DNA of 36,420 nucleotides from Octopus sinensis. Lineage: Eukaryota. Made by a program: the position numbers and the translations under genes. Location of the stretch: assembly GCF_006345805.1 (NCBI RefSeq), contig NW_021835915.1:1-36420 (forward strand), read 5' to 3'. Position 1 is the stretch's first letter. The number at the start of each line of letters is the position of its first letter. The notes below the pieces were generated by a model. That model saw only the letters and a list, made by a program, of their open reading frames with translations. It did not search any database and was not told where the DNA came from. This document shows positions 11,690-22,789 of this stretch, in pieces.

Positions 11690-11929
11690 CACTGACACCT
11701 CAGTTGGCAGCCTTGCTTCCGAGGAGGCGACGCAGAAGAATGGACAGGGTTTCCTACGTTTCTGCAAGGAACTGGGAACTTCTCTGTCTGGAAAAATTAG
11801 TGTCATCGTCGACGACGAAAAAATAGAATGTGTTGAAAGTTATATCTTTCTTGGAAGTCTGATAACCAGAGATGGTGGTTGTGACTCAGAAATTAATAGA
11901 CGGATGGCTATGTGCAAGAGTATGATGAT
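11690..11929 (+). mobile_element. RTE-clade non-LTR fragment (endonuclease piece fused by deletion to RT C-terminal piece)
   Basis: KNGQGFLRFCKE followed by IVDDEKIECVESYIFLGSLITRDGGCDSEINRRMAMCKS, typical of RTE/BovB-like ORFs. Confidence 0.75.
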
Positions 11930-13578
11930 TAGGGCAATTTTTTTCAGGCACTTAAAATTTATTTTTAGGACCTTAAAAATAGGCATTTTAGGACTTTATT
12001 TTTAATTTTTAGGACTTTATTCTACATTTTTAGGCACATTTTAATAAGGTTAAATCAAAAAGTCGTAAAAAATTATTTGTTATAGTAAGGTATTAAATAA
12101 TTTTGACATTTTCCGCATTGAAACCTCTATCTTAGTAATTAATTTTTTAAGCATAGAAAATGCTCTTTCAACGGTTGATGATGTACACTGACATTTTCTT
12201 ATTAGTCCATATTCTTCAGGGGAGATATTACTTTTCTCCATTTCTATAATTGATTCTATGTCATTTTGTGTAATCTTTTTTGTATGTATTCATTTATTTC
12301 TGCATTATCAGACGGAAATTTTAACAAACAAAGATCTGAATGTGCATCATTTATTGTATAACTTGTGGATTCCATTTTTTCAATATTGATTAAGTATCTG
12401 ATAATTTTCATTTATTTCCATTAGACTTTTTCTTAAGGTTGGCGATTCAATTGCTTGTTTTACTTTTTAACTAATATTCCGTCGTCTTTGAAATTCTCCA
12501 CAATTTCAGCAATTGATACAAAATTATTTGCATAATAGTATGCTGCTTGCAGCCAACTACCCCATCTAGTTATGATGACGTCGGGCGGATAACCAATTGT
12601 AGAAAACATTTTTTTTCTAGTTTTGTTTTTCACTATTGATGTCTTTATAGTCGCAATAAGATTATCAACGTCCGAATAATACGCCTTTACTCTGAGACAG
12701 CAATTATGTAACAAATGTGCAACACATGTTACATGGAACATCCTAGGATAAAGCATTTTCAATGTTTTTCCGGCTAAAATAATTCAACAAACTACCCAAA
12801 ATCATATACGGGGCTGCATCAGAAAGAAAAAGAAGAAAATTATTGCGTATAATCTCGAATTTTTTAATCTCTTCATCGATAATCTGAAGAATTGTGTTAG
12901 CAGTTACAGATTCATATAAAGGTTCACACGAAATTAAATAGGTCTTCTCTGGATAAGCGATATTCCCAATGAGAAACTACAAACTTCTGTCCATTTACGT
13001 CACCCTCGTCAACAACCATAAAAATCTTTTGAGATCTAAAATCTAAGGATTGTTGAATAGGGAATCTAAGGATTGTTGGAATCCTTCATTGTTATCTAAA
13101 AAAAATAATTTTAAATTACTCAAAAGCTTTAGATGTTTTGTAGATTGTCTATGCTGATCAATATAATATTTTTTTGATGCATTGACGTAGATCATACATA
13201 TTTTACAATATAGACTGCCTTTAATCACTGTGAATTCTTTTACGTAAGTTTCATAGGCTTTTAGAGCTTTAGACTTTATTGTAGAACGTACACGTGGCAT
13301 TTGAACACAAAAAAGTAATTTATAGCGTGCCTAATTTGTTATTTTTAAAATATTTTTTTGTAACATTTAAAAATAATTTATTTTAAAAATTTTTAAGACC
13401 TTAAAAAAATTTTTAGGACCTTAAAAAAATTTTTAGGACCTTAACAATTTTTTAAGCATTTAAGGCATTTATAACTCGTTGTAGATAAATCTATTTTAAT
13501 TAAATTATAGCTTAAATTAATTATTTAAATAATAGACCTTTTGGTGCAAAAAGGCATTTTAGGCAAAAAATTGCCCTA
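11930..13578 (-). mobile_element. hAT-like transposon (CGGBP1/DUF659-type transposase), degraded
   Basis: TIRs TAGGGCAATTTTT / AAAAAATTGCCCTA; subterminal TTTTAGGACCTT repeats. Minus-strand pieces: LYCKICM...IDQHRQSTKH (BED-like finger), VVDEGD, FLSDAAPYM, HVTCVAHLLH, ITRWGSWL, TSSTVERAFSMLKK. Confidence 0.88.
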
Positions 13579-13914
13579 GTCATCATTCAAAACCTAAAGA
13601 AAAATGCGTTTCACGCAGGGTTTAGTAATGCAACGTAGAACATTAAAAATATTAAAAATGCCTTTCGATTCCGTCAGATTAATTCCGCATATTCCCGTGT
13701 TTGAAAGTCTCACAATGAAGATGAGTTTTTTTAACAAATATTATTTCCAACGTGTTTTCTTTACAGAATAATTTGTGAAATCATGGATGATGACACAAAT
13801 CTTTCACAATGGCATATGAGTAACTAATTACTTTAATTAGTGAGATTCGAATGAAGAACTTGAAATATCTAAGTTGGCTTCAGGCATTGGCAGGATTCAT
13901 AATAATTTGAGGAT

Positions 13915-14100
13915 CAGTTCGGCGAAGAGGTAGTTCCCCCAGAAAATTGAGACCGAGACGCGCTGGAAGAGCCAGCTCGTCCTTCTCCGGTCATTGATCT
14001 TTGATGCGATTTTTTCGCCCACCAGCCGTAACAACTTTTCAGCTTTTATAACGACCAGGCAAGTGGTCTCGAAGGCGAGGGCATAAATTCTTAGGCCTCC
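13915..14100 (-). mobile_element. CRE-like non-LTR retrotransposon 3' (RLE) fragment
   Basis: Minus strand reads ALAFETTCLVVIKAEKLLRLVGEKIASKINDRRRTSWLFQRVSVSIFWGN. Confidence 0.75.
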
Positions 14101-14504
14101 GAAAGTTTACTTTTAATCTTAAGCGGAACTAATTAATGACTTTTATTTACGAGAAATATGTCATAATATGTCGCGTCCCATGGTGGTTACGCATCCCATG
14201 CTGGCTACATGTCACCTGTCAATCAATCATTTTTACGAGGTCATTGGCTGTCAGATGTCATAATTAATGTGGTTTAATCATTCGTTACTCGTGTGGGCAA
14301 TTTAATATTTTTAGCGTTATTATTCAATTTTCAACATTCCTCTTTAAAATGTATTCCCCTGTATATGTAACTAGCTCAGCAGTTCGCTTCGCTCACTGCG
14401 AGCTAGCTCCTGCGGAGGCCCTGCTCGCTACGCTCGCAGTTTCCTTAAATAACTATAAATTTATGTAGATATATAAATGCGACCTGCTTTGATATAACCT
14501 TATT

Positions 14505-15310
14505 CTAAGGCCTGTGGATAAACGATGTTTGCAGTCCGTCCATCCTTGGCAAATATAAATAAATTTCTCTTCTACCTACCCTTGAGCACCCCACATACAG
14601 CTGGCCATGTGAAAAGCACTCGTTCTCTAAAAATAAGCCTACTACCTTTAAAGACTGTCCCTGGGCCTTGTTTATTGTCATAGGGCCTTTGTTATCTTCA
14701 GCGGAAATTGTAGTCTCTTAAATCTATCGCAGGCCCTTTCATGGTCCATAATAACGTCGACCGATTATTATATTTCTTCTCTGCCAGGGATTTTCATTAA
14801 TAAATCTAAATTTATATTAAGTACCTCATCATTAAGTGGAGCTAATATAGCTCGTTCACGCAGCCAGTCGAAATTCACGTAGTGTTCAGATAGTTCGGAA
14901 TAGACGGCATTCAATAATTCTTCTGCTGTTTCTACGAAAATACATAATTCTTCCGGTAGCCTAATTTTCTGGTCGTGCATTTCTGAAGTGATTGCCCCAT
15001 TTCCAATATCTAGAAGGATTTGGGGAATATGCTATTAACGCCTTGTAAATGTGCATGTACATTTACATCTAAGCTTACCTTTTTCACGTGTGTCCACAAA
15101 TATGACGATTTGAGGCAGGCATTCAATTCATCCGCAGGCGTCCCTCTTTGAATAATTGGCAGCGTCTGTCTAAAATCACCTGCCAATACAACTAATGCTC
15201 CCCCAAACAAATGGTCGCTACAATTCTTGATATCTCTATATGTTCGGTCAACTGCTTGAATGCGCCTTTATGAGCCATCGTACATTCATCCCAAACAATT
15301 AACCTAGAAT
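14505..15310 (-). pseudogene. Helitron RepHel PIF1-like helicase remnant, internally deleted
   Basis: LIVWDECTMAHK, FGGALVVLAGDFRQTLPII, ACLKSSYLW, WLRERAILAPLND, then after a deletion [11 protein letters not shown]...[15 protein letters not shown]. Confidence 0.9.
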
Positions 15311-16023
15311 GCATAATTCTATTACCCGTAGTTGAGTCTAACAGCAGTCCTGACCTTGTTCAGCTGTTGTCTAAGTTCCCTCACCATTTAAGCACATCTT
15401 CCCTCGTTTCTCTTTTTTTGTTATATGGTTCATATTCTCTTGTTTGTTAACATTCTCAGATCTCTCTTTATAGGACATTCTTATGATTTTGTAAACGCGA
15501 ATCAGTAATTTATATTAAATTTTCTACGTAAATTTATTTAGTGAAATTTATGTAAAGTGTATTATCCAATCAAAGCCATTATACTTAATTGCCTCTATGT
15601 TTAAAGGAATTGAAACTTTAGCATAATCGAACTTGTCTGTTTCGGTAAAGAAAATGATAATCAGCTTCATCTTTGTAGTATTATAAGGAAAAAAATTAAA
15701 GCCTGTTAAATCAAGGAGATTTAAATATAGGCAAATTGAAATTTACATGACTAATTTAAATTTTATTTGCCTCTATCTTTTAAGAAATCTAAACAGTAGC
15801 ATAATCGAATTTGTCAGTTTCGGCAGTTAAAAAGAATCAATTATGTAAATCTCTAATAATTTTTGCTTTTTCCTTTTTAGTGGTTTTCAAAATCTGATAA
15901 TTGCACAGTCTATTCATGGTCGATAACAATTAGAGCTTTTATTTTATTTTTTTAACGAAAATTTAACAAAAAAGAATTTATGTCATCGAAAAAAGATAGC
16001 TAAGCTAATTAATGGCCTCACGA

Positions 16024-19000
16024 GGCTTGAAGGTTGTGGAGGACCTCATCATGTGAGTCGAGGACTTTCTTGTCGTTCATTTTAACAAAAACGCAGAAAA
16101 TATTTTTTTTTAATTTTTGGGCTTGAAGGTTTTGGGGGACCACATCATGTGAGTCGAGGACTTTCTTGTTGTTCATTTTAACAAAAACGCAGAAAATAAT
16201 TTTTTAATTTTTTCCTTGAAGGTTTTGGGGGACCACATCATGTGAGTCGAGGACTTTCTTGTTGTTCATTTTAACAAAAACGCAGAAAATAATTTTTTTA
16301 ATTTTTTAGCTTGAAGGTTTTGGGGGACCACATCATGTGAGTCGAGGACTTTCTTGTTGTTTATTTTAACAAAAACGCAGAAAATAATTTTTTTAATTTT
16401 TTGGCTTGAAAGTTTTGGGGGACCACATCATGTGAGTCGAGGACTTTCTTGTTGTTCATTTTAACAAAAACGCAGAAAATAATTTTTTTAATTTTTTATC
16501 TTGAAGGTTTTAGGGGACCACATCATGTGAGTCGAGGACTTTCTTGTTGTTCATTTTAACAAAAACGCAGAAAATAATTTTTTTAATTTTTTACCTTGAA
16601 GGTTTTGGGGGACCACATCATGTTAGTCGAGGACTTTCTTGTTGTTCATTTTAACAAAACGCGCAGAAAATAATTTTTTAATTTTTTATCTTGAAGGTTT
16701 TGGGGGACCACATCATGTGAGTCGAGGACTTTCTTGTTGTTCATTTTAACAAAAACGCAGAAAATAATTTTTTAATTTTTTACCTTGAAGGTTTTGGGGG
16801 ACCACATCATGTGAGTCGAGGACTTTCTTGTTGTTCATTTTAACAAAAACGCAGAAAATAATTTTTTTAATTTTTTAGCTTGAAGGTTTTGGGGGACCAC
16901 ATCATGTGAGTCGAGGACTCTTGTTGTTCATTTTAACAAAAACGCAGAAAATAATTTTTATTAATTTTTTGGCTTGAAGGTTTTGGGGGACCACATCATG
17001 TGAGTCGAGGACTTTCTTGTTGTTCATTTTAACAAAAACGCAGAAAAGAAATTTTTTTAATTTTTTAGCTTGAAGGTTTTGGGGGACCACATCATGTGAC
17101 TCGAGGACTTTCTTGTTGTTCATTTTAACAAAAACGCAGAAAATAATTTTTTTTAATTTTTTGGCTTGAAGGTTTTGGGGGACCACATCATGTGAGTCGA
17201 GGACTTTCTTGTTGTTCATTTTAACAAAAACGCAGAAAATAATTTTTTTTAATTTTTGGCTTGAAGGTTTTGGGGGACCACATCATGTGAGTCGAGGACT
17301 TTCTTGTTGTTTATTTTAACAAAAACGCAGAAAATAATTTTTTTAATTTTTGGCGTTGAAAGTTTTGGAGGACCACATCATGTGAGTCGAGGACTTTCTT
17401 GTTGTTCATTTTAACAAAAACGCAAAAAATAATTTTTTTAATTTTTTACCTTGAAGGTTTTGGGGGACCACATCATGTGAGTCGAGGACTTTCTTGTTGT
17501 TCATTTTAACAAAAACGCAGAAAATAATTTTTTTAATTTTTTACCTTGAAGGTTTTGGGGGACCACATCATGTGAGTCGAGGAATTTCTTGCTGTTCATT
17601 TTAACAAAAACGCAGAAAATAATTTTTTTAATTTTTTAGCTTGAAGGTTTTGGGGGACCACATCATGTGAGTCGAGGACTTTCTTGTTGTTCATTTTAAC
17701 AAAAACGCAGAAAATAATTTTTTTAATTTTTTAGCTTGAAGGTTTTGGGGGACCACATCATGTGAGTCGAGGACTTTCTTGTTGTTCATTTTAACAAAAA
17801 CGCAGAAAATAATTTTTTAATTTTTTGGCTTGAAGGTTTTGGGGGACCACATCATGTGAGTCGAGGACTTTCTTGTTGTTCATTTTTACAAAAACGCAAA
17901 AAATAATTTTTTTAATTTTGTGGCTTGAAGGTTTTGGGGGACCACATCATGTGAGTCGAGGACTTTCTTGTTGGTCATTTTAACAAAAACGCAGAAAATA
18001 ATTTTTTTAATTTTTTAGCTTGAAGGTTTTGGGGGACCACATCATGTGAGTCGAGGACTTTCTTGTTGTTCATTTTAACAAAAACGCAGAAAATAATTTT
18101 TTTTAATTTTTTGGCTTGAAGGTTTTGGGGGACCACATCATGTGAGTCGAGGACTTTCTTGTTGTTCATTTTAACAAAAACGCAGAAAATAATTTTTTTA
18201 ATTTTTAGCTTGAAGGTTTTGGGGGACCACATCATGTGAGTCGAGGACTTTCTTGTTGTTCATTTTAACAAAAACGCAGAAAATAATTTTTTTAATTTTT
18301 TGGCTTGAAGGTTTTGGGGGACCACATCATGTGAGTCGAGGACTTTCTTGTTGTTCATTTTTACAAAAACGCAGAAAATATTTTTTTTTAATTTTTGGGC
18401 TTGAAGGTTTTGGGGGACCACATCATGTGAGTCGAGGACTTTCTTGTTGTTCATTTAACAAAAACGCAGAAAATAATTTTTTTAATTTTTGGCTTGAAGG
18501 TTTTGAGGGACCACATCATGTGAGTCGAGGACTTTCTTGTTGTTCATTTTTACAAAAACGCAGAAAATAATTTTTTTTAATTTTTGGCTTGAAGGTTTTG
18601 AGGGACCACATCATGTGAGTCGAGGAATTTCTTGTTGTTCATTTTAACAAAAACGCAGAAAATAATTTTTTTAATTTTTTGGCTTGAAGGTTTTGGGGGA
18701 CCACATCATGTGAGTCGAGGACTTTCTTGTTGTTATTTTAACAAAAACGCAGAAAATAATTTTTTTAATTTTTTGGCTTGAAAGTTTTGGAGGACCACAT
18801 CATGTGAGTCGAGGACTTTCTTGTTGTTCATTTTAACAAAAACGCAGAAAATAATTTTTTAATTTTTTACCTTGAAGGTTTTGGGGGACCACATCATGTG
18901 AGTCGAGGACTTTCTTGTTGTTCATTTTAACAAAAACGCAGAAAATAATTTTTTTTAATTTTTTGGCTTGAAGGTTTTGGGGGACCACATCATGTGAGTC

Positions 19001-19453
19001 GAGGACTTTCTTGTTGTTCATTTTAACAAAAACGCAGAAAAAATAATTTTTTAATTTTTGGCTTGAAGGTTTTGGGGGACCACATCATGTGAGTCGAGGA
19101 CTTTCTTGTTGTTCATTTTAACAAAAACGCAGAAAATAATTTTTTTTAATTTTTTGGCTTGAAGGTTTTGGGGGACCACATCATGTGAGTCGAGGACTTT
19201 CTTGTTGTTCATTTTAACAAAAACGCAGAAAATAATTTTTTTTAATTTTTTGGCTTGAAGGTTTTGGGGGACCACATCATGTGAGTCGAGGACTTTCTTG
19301 TTGTTCATTTTAACAAAAACGCAGAAAATAATTTTTTTAATTTTTGGCTTGAAGGTTTTGGGGGACCACATCATGTGAGTCGAGGACTTTCTTGTTGTTC
19401 ATTTTAACAAAAACGCAGAAAATTGACTTGAAGGTTTTGGGGGACCTCATCAT
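16024..19453. repeat. Satellite-like tandem array, ~95-bp unit, about 36-37 copies, inside the Helitron
   Basis: Unit CTTGAAGGTTTTGGGGGACCACATCATGTGAGTCGAGGACTTTCTTGTTGTTCATTTTAACAAAAACGCAGAAAATAATTTTTTTAATTTTTTGG repeated head-to-tail with few substitutions and variable T/A tracts; no unique spacers. Confidence 0.97.
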
Positions 19454-19598
19454 CGAGGATATTCTTTCTTATTAAAATTTTTTGACAGGAAGGTTCTTAG
19501 AGGATATCAACCTTTTATTGTGCCTCATTATCGAATAACTACAAAAGGGAAGGTTTTGACAATTTGATCTGGTTTGTAACAATTTGAATGTGGGTGTG

Positions 19599-19647
19599 CA
19601 CAGACAGACAGACAGACACACAGACAGACAGACAGACAGACACACAC
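19599..19647. repeat. (CAGA)n/(CA)n microsatellite, part of the Helitron 5' module
   Basis: cagacagacagacagacacacagacagacagacagacagacacacac; the homologous tract is at 29080-29120 in the opposite orientation. Confidence 0.95.
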
Positions 19648-19689
19648 CATACCATTTTATTATTAAGATAATAGGTTTTGTAAAAAATA

Positions 19690-20680
19690 TCTCAGAATAT
19701 CATACTATAGTCAAATTTACCTTCATTGATGTTTACAGTAAGTATGCCATTTGTAAAGGAGTTAAAATAAATCTGCAATAAGTATATTTATGTTTTATAT
19801 TGGAATTTAATATTTGTGAGGCTTTCGAAGAAATTTGTTCAGAAATCGGCTTTTGCGAGATTCTACAAACAGATAATGGAACTGAGTTTAGGAATAAATA
19901 TCTCGATTCTTTTTGCACGAAAAACAAAATCCAACATATTTACGGAAGACCAAATCATCCTCAATCACAAGTAATGACACAATATTTATCTGTTCAGGGT
20001 ATCGTGGAAAGATTTAATCAAACTTTAACACGAAATCTTTCAAAGCTGATGAGTGAAGAATCAACTAAAAACTGGATCCAATTTATTAAACGAAGCACTT
20101 TTACATATAACACGACTATTCATTCTTCTATAAATGAAACACCATTTAAAAAACAAAGAGGAGTTTCTGGTATAAACACCGTCATTCATGATGATAAAAG
20201 TTTTTTTAATTTTTTTAATTTCAAAGAAAGTGAGTGTTCGGATGATTTTTATCATGTATCATCAGAGGATATGGATGTAGAAAATATTCTAGATGTTTCA
20301 GGTAAATTTTGAATAACATATGCTAGAAAACTTGTATGCTAGTGATTTTATATTGAATTTTACTCCACCTAATTTAAATTCACCATATTTTAAACGCATG
20401 AATAAAAAAATGAATGTTCATCAATCGAAATACGATTTTTCAATTGGGAGCGGAGTATTTTTAGTGAATAATTGTTAGGTTAGAGTTCTAAAGGATTTTG
20501 GGACAAATCCTTCCCTAAGGCTAAACCGATTTGAATCCCCATATGGAGAACCTGCTGAAGTTGTTCAAATTTTGTCAAACAATCGACTAGAGGTCTATTT
20601 TATTATTATTTTATTTAACAGATTAAAACAAGTTCAGGGAAGTCTAAAATAGTTAATATGAATCAAGTTAAAAAAACGTA
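19690..20680 (+). pseudogene. Ginger-type DDE (rve) integrase, degraded, with a 27-nt intron
   Basis: IDVYSKYA...ILQTDNGTEFRN...HIYGRPNHPQSQ|GIVERFNQTL...YNTTIHSSINETPF; intron gtaatgacacaatatttatctgttcag at 19971-19997. Confidence 0.85.
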
Positions 20681-20918
20681 GACGCTTTATTTTAATAAAT
20701 TTTTATTGTTGAAACGATTATTGATTAAAAATCAATGCAATTAAATTAATTATTAAATTTGACAGTCACCATGACAGGCATTATTATTTATTGACAGGTG
20801 ACATGTAACCACCATGGGATGGGTAGCTCGTGTGGGACGCGACATAATAGCATACATCTAGAAAATCACTGCTAGTCAACATACATGTCGTAAAACAATA
20901 AAATCATTAAAACTAATT

Positions 20919-21011
20919 AACAATTTAATAGATGCCTAATTCACAGACTAATCGTCAAATAAAAAAACCCAAAATACACCCAAAACAATTTAATAGATGC
21001 CTAATTCACAG
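20919..21011. repeat. Pair of identical 28-bp direct repeats
   Basis: aacaatttaatagatgcctaattcacag at 20919-20946 and 20984-21011. Confidence 0.85.
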
Positions 21012-21658
21012 CGTTTTTTTACATCTTTTTAGAAAGACTAAACAGGTTGTAGGTTTTTTTCAATGTTTCGTTGTCGACTGCTGAAATATATGTCGTCGAT
21101 AAAGGAAAATCATTTCAACTGCCCAATTTTTCTGATATTTACTCCTCGGTTAGGTTTGTGGTCGATTGTTGAGTTTTGTAAGATCAGAGAATTTGAATGA
21201 GTCGACAAATGACTTTCCTGACTTTGTTTTTACCGTAAAAGCGGAGACTTCAATGGATAAGGTTTCTCGCTCTTTGAACAAATCCATCTCCGCGTTGTCT
21301 AAATCCCTTTGTTGTCTTGTAATACAGTCTTGTTCAGGTTTATAAGTACTCCTGCCATTTTTAGAGAAAAAGCGGCTTCATGAAACATTTCCTTTTTTAG
21401 AGAACATACCCGTAGTTAATATCAAATCACAGGATAGGTTGTTTAGTATGGTTCAATCACCAGTCCATCTCTTTTTTCTGTCTTGGATTGGCAGCGTGTG
21501 GGAGCTAGGACAATGATTCGATATTTTTTTAATTGAAAAAGACACTAAATGTATTGATTTGTATTTATTTGAAAGGAGTTGACTGAACATTGTCGCTATC
21601 TGCACATCCCAATAGGAAATTACCCCCGGACGTGTATTCCTTTGGGTGTAATCTCTTA

Positions 21659-21795
21659 TTATGAAAAATGGATGATGGATGATGACCATGAAATCGAAAC
21701 AGTTTTTTTGGGAAATCAGATGGCAAAGGATGAGGAATCAAAACTATCCTCAAGATATAAAATATTGTTAAAATTCACGTATGTATTAATATGCT
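21659..21795 (+). repeat. Dispersed ~135-bp repeat, copy 1 (copy 2 at ~28428-28560)
   Basis: Shared aaaaatggatgat...aaatcgaaa...tttttgggaaatcagatggcaaaggatgaggaatcaaaa...ctcaagatataaaata.tgttaaaattcacgtatgtat. Confidence 0.9.
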
Positions 21796-22425
21796 TCTGA
21801 CTCCAGTTTTGCATGCAAAAACGTTCATAAAACATCAAAATTGATATATACAATATTTTTAATTTATTAATTTATTTATTTTCTTATTTACATTGTAAGT
21901 CTGACATCTTAAGTTAGATCGTACATAGTTCCTTAGTTTGAGATAGTAAAATGGTTTAGAGGAGGTTGAACAAGTTAATAATAGACGATCAAAGGAGGCA
22001 GTTGTCCTGGAAAAATCAGGTCGATTGGTTGCACACAAGTGGAGATCTCGGGAGGGTGTTTTGTCGGAAATAAAGACTCATTTTAGTTAGAAATATCTAA
22101 AGTTCAGAACTTTCAGCTTTTCAAATTTGTTAATTGACTGATTTATAACATTTTAGGGAATTTTTTAATGTATTCTAGAGATTTTATCAATAAACTGCAT
22201 AATTCCAGGCCTCTTCTAGAAGGGTCCTTATGGATAGCGATTAGCATACATTGTAGTAGCCTATAAAGAAACTAAGGTCTAGGAACGTCTGACTCCAGTT
22301 CTGCATGCAAAAACGTTTATTAAACATCAAAATTGATATATAACAATATTTTTTATTAATTTATTTATTTTCTTATTTATTTTGTAAGTCTGACATCTTA
22401 AGTTAGATCGTACATAGTTCCTTAG
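21796..22425. repeat. ~140-bp direct repeats (21796-21936 and 22288-22425) flanking a 351-bp spacer
   Basis: tctgactccagtt...gtaagtctgacatcttaagttagatcgtacatagttccttag occurs twice with a few substitutions and indels. Confidence 0.9.
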
Positions 22426-22789
22426 GTTCGTTGCAGAAACATTGATATAAATGCTTTACGTTCAGTTAATATCAATTTGCGCATTGTGTATCTATAATTC
22501 TAGAACACCGTATTTTGAATCACATTTTTAATATGGATTCAACAGAAATTTTTTTTAATAAGGTTTAACATTTTTTCTAGCAGTTTTAAAATAACTGTCC
22601 ATGTTTACTTTAAACATATAAATGATTTTAATATTATATAAAGATTATAATCTTAAAAATGTGGTTTATCAATATTGTTTGATTTAATGTTATTGTAAAT
22701 GAATTTAGTATATCGTATATCAGTTTTAAATTATTAATTTGCTTGCACAATATTTGCTATAAGTTGATATTATTTTTTATATAATATTA

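Larger units (their letters stand above)
14371..19668 (-). mobile_element. Non-autonomous Helitron, complete ends
   Basis: 5' A|TCTTAATAATAAAATGGTATGG at 19668 followed by a (GTCT)n tract; 3' GC-rich hairpin plus CTAG|T at 14371. Inserted between A and T with no TSD; carries PIF1 helicase remnants. Confidence 0.9.
14169..20844 (+). mobile_element. Ginger2/Tdd-like integrase DNA transposon interrupted by a Helitron
   Basis: 55-bp imperfect TIRs (46/55 identical) starting TGTCGCGTCCCA and ending GGGACGCGACA, flanked by TAATA on both sides (14164-14168, 20845-20849). Integrase core lies at 19690-20312. Confidence 0.72.

Noticed and set aside
13600-13830. Reverse transcriptase remnant (PFDSV..., DDDTNL)
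   Set aside because: The motifs are too short and degraded to support a call.
16902-19374. Repetitive protein (MNNKKVLDSHDVVPQNLQAKKLKK...) encoded by the array
   Set aside because: The frame breaks every 2-3 units because of homopolymer length variation; these ORFs are a by-product of a unit length near 96 nt.
16024-19453. CRISPR array
   Set aside because: The whole 95-bp unit repeats, there are no unique spacers or cas genes, and the context is eukaryotic and inside a Helitron.
21796-22425. TRIM / LTR retrotransposon
   Set aside because: No TG..CA termini, primer-binding site, polypurine tract or TSD found; kept only as an unexplained direct repeat.
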